Shown: positions 1 to 14,979, counted from the whole stretch's first letter. The stretch: 63,621 nucleotides of DNA, filler included, from Octopus bimaculoides (GCF_001194135.2; 6 parts of 5 records of this genome joined end to end with filler, not necessarily neighbours in it), one strand, 5' to 3'. The notes: generated from the sequence alone by a model not told the origin. Made by a program: numbers and translations.

Positions 1-42
<42 letters not shown>

Positions 43-1048
43 TGTGTGTGTGTGTATGTGTGTGTGTGTTTGTGTGTGTATCAAGCATTGAACAGAAATC
101 ACAACAAAGAGAAAAAGTTAGCTGAAAGCAAAGCAATCGGGAGACTAGATGAAAACTTAACAGACGGGGAATATAGACACACACGCGATACACCGAAAAT
201 TCGAAGTTGAGTTTTCTCTGGCAGTCAATGAGCAAAAATATAATCGTGGTTTAGTGTCATTATCATTGAGACCAGCCAATCTTGGGGGTACCAGTGCTGA
301 TATTAAGCTCCACTTTTACCCTCTCTCTTCTTTCCACACTTGCTTGCCTTCCTTGTGGCTTCATTTCTCTCTCTTTCATCTTGTTTCTTCACACCATCTG
401 TTCCTTCGTCCGCTCTCTCTCTCTCTCTATCTCTCTGTATCATATTCTTTTCCACTGTATTTACTTCTTCTTCCCTACCATGTGACTAGTGTCCGTTGAG
501 GGCGGTGGTGTTCTTTCTGCCCTGCCTTTATCCAGACTGCTCATGCTGATCTGGGCTTCTGCAAAGTCCGTGAGGACTTACTCCAGTTCTACTTGCAGAA
601 CACCACTAAGTTCGTTCTATCGCTGCAAAGAACTTTCTTTTGTATGTCTGATATTTGTATAATTACTTTTATGTGTTTCTTCCGTTGTATATAGCAGTAA
701 GACATCGCGTTGTTATATATGCATAATTCTTCTTTTGTTGTATTTATGTAATGTCTGTTTGTTTCTGTCTATGTATACATTCACTAGCTTTTTCCCAGTT
801 GCTTAATAACAGCACGGGCGCCTGCAATGTTGAGTGGTCTCAATGATAATAGCGTGAAACAACAATGATATTTTGGCTCTATGACCGACGAAGAAAACTC
901 AGCTATATTCCATGATTCATGTCTTTGTCGATATTCCCCGTCCAATAAATTTTCGTCTATTTTTCCATTTGCTCTGTTTCCATCTAACTTTCGTCCTTGT
1001 GTTGTGTCTGTTCACCCATGTTACGCAACTCACATCCAGTTTCTCTAC

Positions 1049-1080
<32 letters not shown>

Positions 1081-1238
1081 TATAGTAAACAAACAGGGTG
1101 TGCGTTGCTTAAATGGATGTATAAAGCGTTGAACATATATATATATATAGTAAACACACAGGATGTGAGTTATATATATATATATATACATATATACATA
1201 TATACATATATGTATATATGTATATACATACACATTGG

Positions 1239-1272
<34 letters not shown>

Positions 1273-2067
1273 CGCGTGTGCGCGCGCGTGTGTGTGTGTG
1301 TGTGTGTGTGCGTGCGTGCGTGTGCGTGTATGTGTATTTACATGAGAGATAGTGCTATGAATATTTTTGTGTAATTAAAGTAGTCAAATGTTTGAAAACT
1401 AGCAGGCATTAACTGACAATGGTTCCAATAAATTTCTTCATAAAATTGCCAGAATCTTCCAGTTTTTGTTGGTGGTCCCTTCAGGAACTGCGTTTTGGAA
1501 TACATGTACTGGACAAAGATATGCAAGGGAAGCAGAAAGGCAAGGAAGAGTAATATTTAAGAAGATGAAGCAATTCGTAAAAGTAAAACTTCGCTAAGGA
1601 GCTTTTGTCACAATTGAATCTACAAAGAAAAGTCCGAAAACGAAATGGATTAATCCCAAATTTGTGGTGGTAGTATCTACCAGTATGAGGTGAGGAAGAA
1701 TAAAGTCTGCTTAAAATGCATGCAATAATTGTAATCAGATATATCATTCAGTGTTATAGCTGAGAAAAGGATATATATTTTTAAAATTTGAAGCGACCTC
1801 TATCTTTCAAGTAATCGTTAAGCTGAGATGGAAAACAAGATTATGTTTATTACTTTTATTCCATAAAAGATTTTTAATATTACAATAATAATGANNNNNN
1901 NNNNNNNNNNNNNNNNNNNNNNNNNNNNNNNNNNNNNNNNNNNNNNNNNNNNNNNNNNNNNNNNNNNNNNNNNNNNNNNNNNNNNNNNNNNNNNATATAT
2001 ATGTATATATATTTATATATATATGTGTATATGCATATTTATAATGATAATATACTACTACTACTGT

Positions 2068-2123
<56 letters not shown>

Positions 2124-3955
2124 ATTTTAATATTAATAATAATAGTTATATACATATAACGATAGATAGACATATTAGCTACCATATAAACAGCCTTACA
2201 CACAAAATCACATACATACTGGAACCTAAGAAATTTATACGTAATGCTGGAGAATTCTTTTCCAATATTTCCTGTTTTTCCAATCAATACAGATTTATTG
2301 ATAGTTGCATTGTATTATATTATAATATTTACTATTTATGGAATTTTGTACACAAAATTGCAATGCAAAAAAGGAAGCTGCCTCACATGCAATGTTTTGT
2401 GTGTGAGTATATTTCAGAAATGCTTTGATGATGATAATTAGAAAGAAACTGTCTAATAAAATCATAAGATTTATTAAATAGCAAATCTTTTCATAAAAGT
2501 AAAGTAAACTGCAAATGTTTCTTTGATTGTTAACAAAAATATAAAAATAGAAAGAAAAAGAAAACAGTATTAATTTTAGATGTGTTACGAGCAAATGTAT
2601 GAAAAGAAACATTCGATTTGAATAGTTACGTGTATTCGTTAGTGACAATGCAACATTTGCGATATATTTAATATATTGGCATAAATTCTCATTTATATAA
2701 CCAGTTTCAAAAGAACATTGATGAATAACTATTATTTTGTTTATAACAGTCAGCTTCATGAAAAAGAAAAAAAATTTGAAAACTTGATATACAAAAGGAA
2801 AAAAAGTAGATAGAATGAAATGTACTGTGAAGTTATATTTGCTGACAAAACACCAAACATGAAAGTTTGTGAAATTAACTAAACTGCAATAAATGGTGGC
2901 GCAGAGCCATAAAATTGGCAAATTCTCTTAACTATGTTAGAACATCATTGCTGCAGTCAGACAAAATGCAAATAACCAAATATTGAGAATAACACGAAAG
3001 AAGAGATTTAAAGCTTCAGTAATTATTGTCAATAAAATTACGGATATTTGTATTTCCTTTATTTAAATGAATCAGATCTCTGAGAGTACTCAAGATTTAA
3101 AAGAGTGTGGCTAATTCAGGTAAATTTGATAAATGTTTCTGAATTGTTTTTCTCTTTTATTTTAATTCTGATGGTGTTTATGTAATATAATATAATTCTA
3201 TTATACACAAGTGTTGGTTCAACAGGTGTGAGGTGGGGAGATATTGAAGCACAACTAGGATGATTCTGTTTAGTGAGCATGTTCATTGTAATAGAGGAAA
3301 GTAAAAAAAAAGCTTTGTTGGCAACAGGTTTGGCAGTTTAAAACTGGAATAAAGTATTTGTTTCACACATACAAACACCAACTAAGATAGATTAGATTGA
3401 AATGAAGGAGGAAATACAGAGAAGCTGGTGAATCAGAACTTATTGGCGATAACAATCACAACCAAAGAAAAGAAAATACTTCAAGCAAAAGAAGATTGTG
3501 TCATGCTTTTGTCTCTTTTATTTCTGCAATTTTAAGTTATGATTTTGGTCTTAGTGTATTCAGTAACCGTTACAAATCCGTCGCTCTACGCTCGGGATAA
3601 TGTTAACATAACAGTGGTTAATATGTTAACTTTGATAGGCAGGTTCCTATAGACGTGTAAACTTATGCAAGCACATTGAAAGCATTTATTTCGTCATATC
3701 AAGAGGACTGAATGCAATATACACTGTACTAAGAAACTAATTATTTTAATCTACAGAACTGTGATTGTCAAAGAATTGTGTTACGAAATTACAATACAAA
3801 ATACCAGTTTTAGTTTTATTATTCGAATTTAATATTCTCTCATTATTGGTGTTTGTTTTACCAACCGGAATGATTGAACAATAACCTAAAACATATTAAA
3901 TTAATTACTTGGCATAACACGACAGTTTAAATTAATTGTATATATATTATATATA

Positions 3956-5102
3956 TTGGGCTGGCAACCAAGTTCCAGCCGTTATTTTAAATTTAATTTT
4001 TTTAAAAGGTTTAATAAAAAATAAGAACTAATTAACCAATAATGTATTCACCCTTGTTGTTTACAACTTCTTCCCAACGTTGAACAAGATTTTCAATACC
4101 TCGTTGGTAGAAATCACAAGATTTCGACTCGAAAAATCGATCCAAACAAGCTCTCAATCTACATCAGAATTGAACGAGACTCTGTGGATAGCGTTTGAAA
4201 GAGATCGAAAGAGGTGGAAATCCGTTGGTGCCAAATCAGGAAAGTACGGCGGGTATGGCAGCACTTCCCACCCATGTTGAGTTTTCCATCTACTGAACAT
4301 GGAGTTCCGCGTTGGCCATTTGGTTCCGTTCAAGCAATTCGCAGTCCCACCATACGCACAAAATCGTTTTACGCGAACGAAGACCTTGTTTCATGCGCGG
4401 TTTCGCTTATTTACCGGGGTTAAGCCATTCCTTACACTGCTTCATATTGATGTACAGGCACCATTTTTCGTCGCCAGTAGCGATTCGGTAAAGAAATCGT
4501 TGCTTGTGTCCATGAGTTGAGCGGTGACGAGCAATCAAACCAGCGGAGATTGTGGCTGGTTGATTTTTGTTGTTGTCACTTAAAGCATACGGAACCCATG
4601 CTCCACACTTCTGAACCTTATCCATCGAGTGAAGATGCTTCTCTATATTAGTGTGGGAGCATTTCATTTTCTCTGCCAGTTCCCTTGTCGTTTGACGAGA
4701 ATTTTCATGTAAAAGTTGGTTTAATCGCTCTTCATCGAACTCAACTGGACGGCCAGAACGATGTGCGTTTCTGAGGTCAAAATTTCCATTTTTGAACTTG
4801 GCATACCAAACACGAACAGTTCTTTAAGTTATACACTGCACAAATGTCGCGAGCAGCTTTTGCGGCCGTAGAACCTTGATTGAAAGCAAAACGAAGGTGT
4901 CGAAAATGCTCGTTCTTGAAATTCCATTTTAATGATTTAAAAATAAACAAAAAATAACAAAAATTAACCAGAGAAAAATATATATATATATTCCAAAATG
5001 ATTCAAAAATAGAATTCTCGAAAAAAAAAAAAGATTCCAGAATTTAAAAACGCAATAAATTCCAAAATTTATAAAACGGCGGGAACTTAGTTGCCAATCC
5101 AA
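3956..5102 (-). mobile_element. Mariner (DD34D-type) transposon, both TIRs present, internally deleted and frameshifted
   Basis: Imperfect TIRs TTGGGCTGGCAACCAAGTTCCAGCCGTT (3956) and the reverse complement of AACGGCGGGAACTTAGTTGCCAATCCAA (ending 5102), flanked by TA. Minus-strand peptides include SGRPVEFDEERL, WVPYALS, IATGDEKW and PYPPYFPDLAPTDFHLFRSL, all mariner motifs. Confidence 0.95.
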
Positions 5103-5472
5103 TAATATACACTAATGACTAATATAGCGCAAAAATACATGCATATATAAGTATATACATACACACGTTTGATTATAACTAATGCTATTCACTGTATTTG
5201 CACAACACAGAGATCAATATGGAGCACACAGTTGCATTTTATGACGTAAGGTATTTTCATTTATATTTGAAATAAATATACACATGGAAATTCCTAAAGA
5301 CACACACACACACACATATGTATAAAATCATCATAAGCAACAAGATTTCAAGTAGTAAGGAAGTACAACCGTTTCAAGCGGCTCCATTTAATTGAAACAT
5401 GCAATTACATCAATTAACATACAGTGCTACCTTCAGACAGACAGACATACAGACAGACAGACAGACAGACAT

Positions 5473-5552
<80 letters not shown>

Positions 5553-6117
5553 GTAGGTAGGTAGGTAGGTAGATAGAGAGATAGATGGATGGATATACGT
5601 ATAGATACATACATACATACACACACGTAGGTATATATATATATATTCATATAGTTGTATATATGCATAATTCTTTATCTATTAATATTTAACAAAAGCA
5701 AAAGTGACAGAGAGCCGTTGGCCCTTATCAATACCCGAAATACTTGATCCTTGAGTCACTCTTTTGCTTCTGTTAAATGTTAATGAAAATATATATATAC
5801 TCAAGTTTTGAATTGTATTTTTCCCTCTTTCCATCCACCATGATTATATATATTTGTCTGTGTAGAAATCTCTATGGAGCACACAGTTGCATTTATCACG
5901 TAAGTTATTTTCATTTATATTTGAAAATAAATATGCACACGGAAATACCTAAAGGAGCACACACACGCACACACACACATATGTACACACACACGCGCAC
6001 TCACACACACACATAAAGTTGTTCCTGTGGTTCACCCATTTGTTCGTCGTTTTCCGTAGATTAAAAAGTCTTCAGCGTTTTACTTTAATATGACACCTCT
6101 CTGTTTTCACTCGTCAT

Positions 6118-6230
6118 TTCTTTCTGTCGAAGAGCGTTGGTTCGGTGCATCAAAGTCTCTTCCATAATTTACTGAGCGTCAAATCAATACATTTTGTCTG
6201 TTGTTTCATCACCTGTTGTCCTTGGTGCAA
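6118..6230 (+). repeat. Copy of hammerhead-variant repeat family (decayed)
   Basis: TCTTT CTGTCGA A GAGC GTTG GTTC GGTGCATC AAAG, followed by gagcgtca..aatacat..tgttgtt..cacctgt; homologous to 9380 and 62078. Confidence 0.6.
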
Positions 6231-7519
6231 TTTTCAACCATATGCATGCACATATGTATGTATGTATGTATGTATGTATATATGTATGTATGTATGTGTA
6301 TGCATGAATGCATATATGTACATATGTATACACGTATCTCCAATCGATGCTAACGTAATTATAGCCAGCACGTAATCTCATAATTCCTGTACCTATTCAT
6401 TTCGCGGGTAAATGAGAATAATAGCTAATTAATTTTACGTACCCATTTTCACATATGACCTGTAAAATACCTTAATCATACAATTTAATAATAAACTATA
6501 GTACCAACCATATCTTTAAACTACTCTCATATAAATATGTGGAAGTTTCAAGATTACAGTGTCATATTAATTAGAAACGCTGGAGATTACGGCCAACTAA
6601 TGGGTGAAACATGGAAACAATAAACAAGACATGACATCATTTATCTACTAACCAAAAGTGCTTCAACATCAACCAATTGATTAGGATTCAAGGATTACCA
6701 TTAAAAAAAAAGTCAAAGATATTCAAATTCTCTTTAGTAACTATTAGACCTAAAAAACCCAAATACAAATAGATTCTTGTCATAAATAAGAAATCGCACA
6801 ACAGATAAGCTAATGCAAATTGTTGAAAAACAATAAAAGTATTTACATACATACATACATACATACGCACATATATATATATATATATATATANNNNNNN
6901 NNNNNNNNNNNNNNNNNNNNNNNNNNNNNNNNNNNNNNNNNNNNNNNNNNNNNNNNNNNNNNNNNNNNNNNNNNNNNNNNNNNNNNNNNNNNNNNNNNNN
7001 NNNNNNNNNNNNNNNNNNNNNNNNNNNNNNNNNNNNNNNNNNNNNNNNNNNNNNNNNNNNNNNNNNNNNNNNNNNNNNNNNNNNNNNNNNNNNNNNNNNN
7101 NNNNNNNNNNNNNNNNNNNNNNNNNNNNNNNNNNNNNNNNNNNNNNNNNNNNNNNNNNNNNNNNNNNNNNNNNNNNNNNNNNNNNNNNNNNNNNNNNNNN
7201 NNNNNNNNNNNNNNNNNNNNNNNNNNNNNNNNNNNNNNNNNNNNNNNNNNNNNNNNNNNNNNNNNNNNNNNNNNNNNNNNNNNNNNNNNNNNNNNNNNNN
7301 NNNNNNNNNNNNNNNNNNNNNNNNNNNNNNNNNNNNNNNNNNNNNNNNNNNNNNNNNNNNNNNNNNNNNNNNNNNNNNNNNNNNNNNNNNNNNNNNNNNN
7401 NNNNNNNNNNNNNNNNNNNNNNNNNNNNNNNNNNNNNNNNNNNNNNNNNNNNNNNNNNNNNNNNNNNNNNNNNNNNNNNNNNNNNNNNNNNNNNNNNNNN
7501 NNNNNNNNNNNNNNNNNNN

Positions 7520-7553
<34 letters not shown>

Positions 7554-9379
7554 ACGTATACACACACACATACACACTCACACACATATTTGTATATAAT
7601 GTACTTTTCTGTGATAGAAAATTCAACAACAAAGGTAGTCTGTCTTGTAAGAGATATATATTATTTTTTCAAACGAAACAATGCATAGCGTTAAGTGCAA
7701 CTATTAATTTCATATGTTGAGAAATACCTCAATCATATCTATCAAGTAAAAACCAAATATAACGAACTAAAAAAAAAATCGAATAAGAGAAGAAACGCGA
7801 AAAAACTGAGAAGGCGGCATATAGAAATCGCGGAAGGTTAAAAAAAACGGACAACGAAAAACGAAAATACAAAAACTATATATTGGTGCAATTGTAGACG
7901 GGTTTTGAGGGTGACTGCGATAGGTCCAATTCATATCGGGAGTTTGAGAGATTTTCATGATGGATTCCAGTTATTTGCACTCCAATGCTTAGCGAATACC
8001 GTGGTGGTATTGCTATAAAAACGACACCAGGTATTTTATGGCCCCGTCTTCGCACTGGATGATGGCTGGGACGTTGCGCCATTTTGGCTGCATGTTGCCC
8101 TTTGTGTATTTATTGATATTAGTTCCTTGAATTGGATACCACAAATGTTATGCTGGAATATTTATGCCGCCCAGTAAAGATAAGTTGTTAACTAGAATAT
8201 GAAAACATTAGCGGTACTACATTTGGGGCATACTTTGGCAGACAACATCAACTCGACGTTAGAATTATTATGAAGATTGTGCCTATCAAAGACTGTAAAC
8301 TCAAAGACTATTGAGCGAAGTTACTTTCGCCCAAATTGATGTCGACAAAAGTCACAACACGTGAATGATGTCCAATAATTTTCAATAATTATTCTCAGCA
8401 CATACAAACGTACAATACTTTACGTACAGGAAAAGGACAAATTCTACCTCCTTGTTTTCCTTCATTTGGAGATTTCGTGATTTTCGAAATGACTCCTCCA
8501 ATGGTGTCTCATTAACTTGACCTCTGCCTTACTTATCTAGGACTTGCAGTTCCTAGCTCAATCAACCAGAAAATCTATACTAACAACAAAGAAATACATG
8601 AACTTCAAACCACTATCAGCTCACGGCCATACGATGCCTAACTCACCCGTGCACAGGGCAAGATATCTAGTCGTTTTCACCTGCACAGCCTACCATTTTT
8701 GTTCTAGCAGCCTCAGTTATAACAAACACTGTAAAAAATGCTGTCGCTAGTGTGCTCATACTCCATTGAACAAACCATGGCTCCCAAAACCATCCTATCA
8801 TGTGCGATACCCCTTGCAATGAGTTGTTGTCGTTAGAAATGATATGCTGTAGCGTGCCGCTAAATTGGCGCAAGCAACCTATCGATGAAGTGAACATTGT
8901 ATTTGTTACATGATGCGAAATAGTGCGGGGCTCATTTAAAAAGAGAAGGGTGATACAATTATTTAGAAGGAATATTAATTATACAGATTTATGCACAATT
9001 TTGCAGACTGATACATAACTCCATACAATATTTTTTTTTCATTTTAGAACAGATGAGAAGTTATAACTAAAAGATCTCCCACCTACAGCTGAATTCGATT
9101 ACGCAATGCAATAAAGTGCAGGATTTTATTGATCCGGTTATGTGTGTGTGTATCATGAAGTAGCACATACAAGCATTTGCATAGACACACACATACACGC
9201 ATCTGATACTTTCACACTCCCACATATAAATACACGCACATACACGCATGCATTTGCGTAGACATACTTTACCAAGGTTACAGTTGTCTCCCATCCGTTT
9301 AAGCACATTATTGCAATCAATTCAACATGTGCAACCGTTAATCTAAACAGGTTTTACTTTTCCATTTTCTTTCCTCATT

Positions 9380-9480
9380 CCCTTCTGTCGAAGATTGGAA
9401 GCTTGAAATGTCAAAGACTTCTCCATTTTACCTTAGCCCCAATTTAATTCACCTCGTTTGTTGTTCTCTCACATGTCTCT
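9380..9480 (+). repeat. Copy of hammerhead-variant repeat family (decayed)
   Basis: CTT CTGTCGA A GATT GGAA GCTT GAAA TG TC AAAGAC plus the same downstream tail as 6118 and 62078. Confidence 0.6.
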
Positions 9481-10462
9481 GTTTTCTTTATTTCGCTGTT
9501 TGTACTTGTGAGAACCATTTGTATGTATGTATGCATATATGTATGTATGCATGTATGTATGTATCTATGTATGTATGTATGTATGTATGTATGTGTGTGT
9601 GTGTGTGCGTGTGTATCGTCAGTGAGAGAGCAGGATTATTATATGAACTTGGTTATTTTCAACATTATATTCATTTGGAAAAATTGATATAGAGATGAAC
9701 AATTTGTAATTTGTCATGACGTGTGGAGCAATATTTCCCAAAATAGCATTAAATGAAAGAAAATTGATGTAATTTGACACTGAGGAGCAACGGCTGTATT
9801 GTGTCACAATATAAGCTTAATAACATTTGGAAGACGAACAGGAATAAAATGTAGTGTAAAATCCCACAGAGGACATTTACATTATTATTCGTTAAGTAAC
9901 ACAACGCTGAACAAACTGGAATTATATATCATAGAATCACATATATACCCCGCTATATGTATATATACGCATGTCTGTGTGTGTATACATATACGTGTCT
10001 CTGTTTGTGTAATTGTGCATGTGCATATGTGTGTGTATGTGTCTGCGTGTCTGCGTGTGCATATATATGTCAGTGTGTGAATGCTGGTGGGGATATAACA
10101 AAGAAACAATTATATATTAACCTCCTCCGGAGCGCGTGATGCAAGATCAGACCAAACAAAAAGATCGTAATGTTAGTACATTTAGTTAATTAACACAACA
10201 GTAAATTAGTTGATATGTCATATTCTATCATGCCTAAGAACTTAGCTATATGTATGTATGGATGTATGTGTGGATGTATGTTTGTATGTATGTATTTATT
10301 TATTTATTTATGTGTTTCAGCCAAGTGGCTGCGGTCATGCTATGCGTTCGCATGTATGCATATATGCATGTAGGTATGTTTATATGTATGCATGTATGCA
10401 TGTGTGTGTGTATGTATATATATGTATATATATAGAGGCAGAAATGTAAACAAATGATAGAC

Positions 10463-10525
<63 letters not shown>

Positions 10526-11405
10526 GAGACAGACAGACAGATAGAGAAATAGGTATACATGTACACTTCATGTATGATGCAGGTGGTTTCACTAACGCAT
10601 AATATATGAAGACAATTAAGTCATAGTAGTTGGAGCGGGAATACTATCTTAAATGTGTAATAATTTCATACGGTATTATACATGTTATATCTCTAATATA
10701 CCTGGTATAGACATGGATTCAATATTAACTAATACATAGTGGCATCTGTTTTGAACATTATATCCATTATATCTATCATGGCTATATACTAACATAACCG
10801 CGTCGTCAAAAATGATAACAACTCTATTAAATATAGAAAATGGTCCATCAAGTCAATGGGAGAAATCATTGATAAATGTCAGTAATCGAATTATGCACAT
10901 ATACACAACTGAAACACTTGAACAGTTACAGAGAATGCGTCGGCAACTATGATTGACAGTAGCTGGTGACTAACGGATATGTGATTCCGAAGAGGTGGCG
11001 ATTTACGTCATCAGGTCGACCGCGAGAATGGGCAGGATCCGAGGTGTAGAGCGGTACTACATCTACAGCGGCGCCACATCTCAACTGACTGTCCAAAATG
11101 ACAGCATCTACACAAATACACATTTATTCGACTGTATCCGTCTGAAGATAGGCCTCTTCACTCGAAATAAGGCAGGTATTTCATACTTTCATGTCTGCAT
11201 AGATGAAAGCATCCTTCGTTTCTAATTTCATTGATTATAGTACTTCTGTATTATAAGGATACGTGTGAAGTACAATGCACTTCAGATATAGCAGAGGGGT
11301 CACATATAATAGAGTATTACGAAATACATCACCCTGCATAGCCTACAGGAAACAAATGTAGTAAAGATAAATATATCTACAGTTTTGCAAATGGTGACTC
11401 CGAGT

Positions 11406-11484
<79 letters not shown>

Positions 11485-12001
11485 GTGCGTAGGTGTGTGT
11501 ATATACATATATACTTATATATATATGTATATATGTATATACCATATGTTACATATAATATTATACCTTGATACAGTGTAGACTAAGATCCCTGTTGACA
11601 GGCCGCTGGTATTTATAGAGTGTTAAACACTTTCGGTATGCAAATTAGGGACACCTTCATAGAGTAACTGCACATTTGCTGAGCATATAAACAGTATGGT
11701 TGCTTGCTTCTCTGGAGACTGTCAGAATAATGAAGATGCCTCTAATGAGAACTAATCGATGACCGATTAAAATTGTTCATCATTTCTTACAGTCTGCGGA
11801 GAAATGGCTAAAATATATATAAATATACCATATGTTACACACACACACACATATATAAATATACCATATGTTTTATATGTATATATGTATGTATGTGTGT
11901 GTATATAATGAAAGGTGCAAGATGCAGAAGAGTTAAAAGGTTAATATCTAAATTTAGAGGGTTATGAAGAGATATCTTATATAAGAAAAGATTTGGTCAC
12001 T

Positions 12002-12210
12002 AAGGCTGCGAGCTAGCAGAAACTTTAGCACACCGGGCAAAGTACATAGCGGTATTTCGTCTGTCTTTGCATCCTGAGTTCAAATTTTGCTCTGATCAAG
12101 TTTGCCTTCCATGATTTCGGGATCCATAAAATAAGTACTGGGGGACTGGGGTCGATGTGATTGACTTAGCCCCTAACCCTAAATTCCTGGCCCCGTGTCA
12201 ACATTTGAAA
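12002..12210 (+). mobile_element. tRNA-headed SINE, family C
   Basis: Head ggctgcgagctagcagaaactttagcacaccgggc, B-box-like gagttcaaatt, central gcctt..cat..ttcgggatccataaaataagtac; many homologues in this window. Confidence 0.8.
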
Positions 12211-12479
12211 CTAACATTCTTCAGCTTCACTCAGTGGAGAATAGGGAATTTGATATAACTTTTCGATAGGCTTTCCGTAGTTGTTGAAGGAAGGGAGGAA
12301 TATAGCCACAGCACATTGTAGTACACGCTGCATCTAAGTATTTTACAACTGGAATCGTTGCAGATTGTATTGTTAGTAGATTGAACTGAGTGAAGTATCT
12401 TATCTACTACTGGCAGTATCATAAAAATGAAAATGTTGAAAAGTAATAGCATCTATAAGAACATAAATTATTGCAGGTT

Positions 12480-13400
12480 AAATGCAATTCAATATTATGT
12501 GGCAGGAAACTGTGACTAGAGAGATGAAATACATTTTAAGTGAATTTGGCGACCGTGCGTTTAATATCATCTAAAGCAAAATCTTAAACAAATGGTGGAG
12601 ATTAATATGATATAAGTAAGATAGAATGCAACTTTAACTAAAGTATCATAACATTAGTGAGGTATGACGTTCTATCCATTAATTTAACATGCCATTCAAA
12701 AGGTTAACATGTAATATCTTATTAAGTAACAAAACACTGCTTGCCATGATGTGTAATATCCTGTAAAGCAAATATAATAACACTGAAGAATGTGGCGTAC
12801 AATATCATCTAAGGAAATATATCTATGAATAGAGAGACTGTAATAAAATCTAAATATCATAACAATGAAGAGTTGGTATGTAAATTGACATGACAAAGAG
12901 TTGGGGACGCAATATCATCTATATATCTTTAAAATTGATGTAAATCTTTCAGTGTATTATTTAAATTAAATGCTTTCAAAAGTGCCTGACATTAATATAA
13001 TTTAGGTCTGACATAATATTAGCGAGGTTGAGATCTAATATCTGCTAAAATATCGTGGCATCTTATGCTAAGATGTAATAACATTGACAACATAACATTG
13101 ATGTGTGTGAAATATAATATCAAATAAAGTGATATGACATTGACGATAGTGTGATATGATATATCTACAGTGTTATTATTCAATGAAGTTGCGATGAAAT
13201 ATGTTTAATCAACATAATACTGAGAAAATAAATATAATATTACGGTGAGTGTTACGTATTAAATTATCGAATAGTTTTGACAGTAGAATGAAACGCAGCC
13301 TCATTTAAAACAACAAAGAAGGTAAGTACATTGAAATATATTAGCTACATAAAACTAGAAAATGAATAATGATTTAATAACATAACAAATGACACTCTAA
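12480..13400. repeat. Highly diverged ~41-bp tandem array, block 1
   Basis: Recurring core GAGATGTAATATCATCTAAAG; AAT of the core ends at 12715, 12757, 12803 and 12844 (42, 46 and 41 bp apart). Confidence 0.65.
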
Positions 13401-13989
13401 ACATAAATTCTTGGAAATAAATTTTAGTATAATCTATATTAACGTATTCTATGCTAACATAATTTCGATATTGTATAACTTGTGGTTTGATGATAAAAAG
13501 AAAAACTACCAGCCATCGTTTCCCCAGTTTGAGGATAGTGGAATGGCCTGTAAGTTAGCTGTGAAAACACAGGAATCAATCCCAGACAAAATCACAGGTT
13601 GCACTTTAACAAGGCATAGCACCTGTTAGGCAACCCAACTAAAGTCATAGTGAGAACCTGAAGCCAGGAAAAGAGCGGAAATTTCACTATCATTGGAAAT
13701 CATGATGATAGAAGGAAATGAAATGCAAAGCACAAGAAATACTTTGCTTTAGATTTCTTACCATTTCTCAGAACAAATTACATTTTTATTATTACCGGCC
13801 AATGATATCCGCCCACTTAACCGCTACTGCAATCGTATATAGCACTTGCGACCATAGATACGGAATGAGCAATCTAAAAACATCGCATAACTCGCATTAA
13901 CCCCAGAAACGCATCCCATATCGCTCGTTGCGCAGTCAAACAAGGAGCGCTTTTTGTTGTAATTCAGTCTCTGGCTCAGTGTTCAAGAA

Positions 13990-14490
13990 GTCAGCTACAG
14001 AGCCAAATGCAATATAAATTTTTTAATCGAACACAAAATACACTTGTCTCCACCTTCAATGTACGTACATTCAGAAATATAAACCATCTCCCTCAATTTG
14101 TTACCTCAGTCATCAAGCAGACATTTTATGTTATTTGTATACAAGATCACAGGTTTATCACGACAATGTTCAGCTGGAACACCATGATGCTGATAGAGTC
14201 TGGACTTTCAACTCAGCTTCAGCTTGGAAGAATTCTAACATTCCATATTGGTGTTGGAGGCATGCTAATACGCCCGCAGCCTGTCTTCAAATCTTTAAAC
14301 ATCATAATGAGAATAAATGCAAGAATAGCAATAACTTTCATCAAGAAATTCAGAAACATCACTCATATCTTGGTATTTACCGACAAATACACCAGATGAA
14401 GAATGGTTTTCCAATTGTTACCATGTCTTCTCTTCCGAGAGACAAATTCCAAAACATAATTCTTTATTAATTGGAAGTGAAACGTATGTC
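13990..14490 (+). mobile_element. RTE-clade LINE 5' fragment (AP endonuclease N-terminus), frameshifted
   Basis: STFNVRT, VICIQDHR (canonical QEHR), SASAWKNS and IGVGGML..P..KSL..I.RINARI across two frames. Confidence 0.8.
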
Positions 14491-14504
14491 TATCTCGAGA
14501 GTCA

Positions 14505-14965
14505 CGAATGTTTTGGTGATGCGGATTATGTGTAACTTGCAATGATATTGTGTTCCGTTGATGAGCTCGTGTTTCTCGTGTTGCCCTGAGTTGTTCTATA
14601 GGTATCTCTTTTGCTCGCTGTATGCTATTTTCTATAAGTAGAAGAGGGTAATTTTGCTTGAGCAGAAATACTTTGAGTTCTGTGAGTCGCAAGTTTCTGG
14701 TATTTGGATCATCTGATATAGTACAATTTGTCCTGGCAAGATAGTACGGGATATTGCCTTTTGTGTGTGTTGGGTGAATTTGAAATCTAGGTACTGATGT
14801 GAATCTGTACGTTTGTAATAAATATCGGTTGTGATTGTGGTGTTAGTTTCAGTTACCATTATGTCAAGAAATGGTAGCTGTGTGTTTTTCATCTCTCTAG
14901 TGAATTTGAGACTAGGGTGTAGATTGTTGAGGTGGGTGCTGAATTCTTCCTAATAAAGAAATCGA
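14505..14965 (-). mobile_element. Penelope-like element (PLE) RT/thumb fragment, copy 1
   Basis: EEFSTHLNNLHPSLKFTRE..QLPFLDIMV...TDIYYKRTDSHQYLDF and RLTELKVFLLKQNYPLLLIENSIQRAKEIP..VTHNP, typical of PLE reverse transcriptase. Confidence 0.9.
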
Positions 14966-14979
14966 GAACAACAGCATGA

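Noticed and set aside
259-850. 16-bp perfect inverted repeat (259-274 / 835-850)
   Set aside because: No TSD or internal coding; likely two copies of a small dispersed repeat.
9775-9812. TGACA-CTGAGGA-GC aacg GC...TGTCA hammerhead-like arrangement
   Set aside because: The GAAA and UH elements are missing.
11138-11185. CTGAAGA...GAAA spacing
   Set aside because: No helix I, II or III pairing.
13284-13321. AG...GTAAGT bounded segment
   Set aside because: Stops in all three frames; lies within the degenerate 41-bp array.
13500-13700. Possible HDV-like ribozyme in the putative 5' UTR of the RTE fragment
   Set aside because: Hairpins exist (GGTTGC/GCAACC), but I could not build the nested double pseudoknot by hand; an Infernal or RNArobo search would decide.
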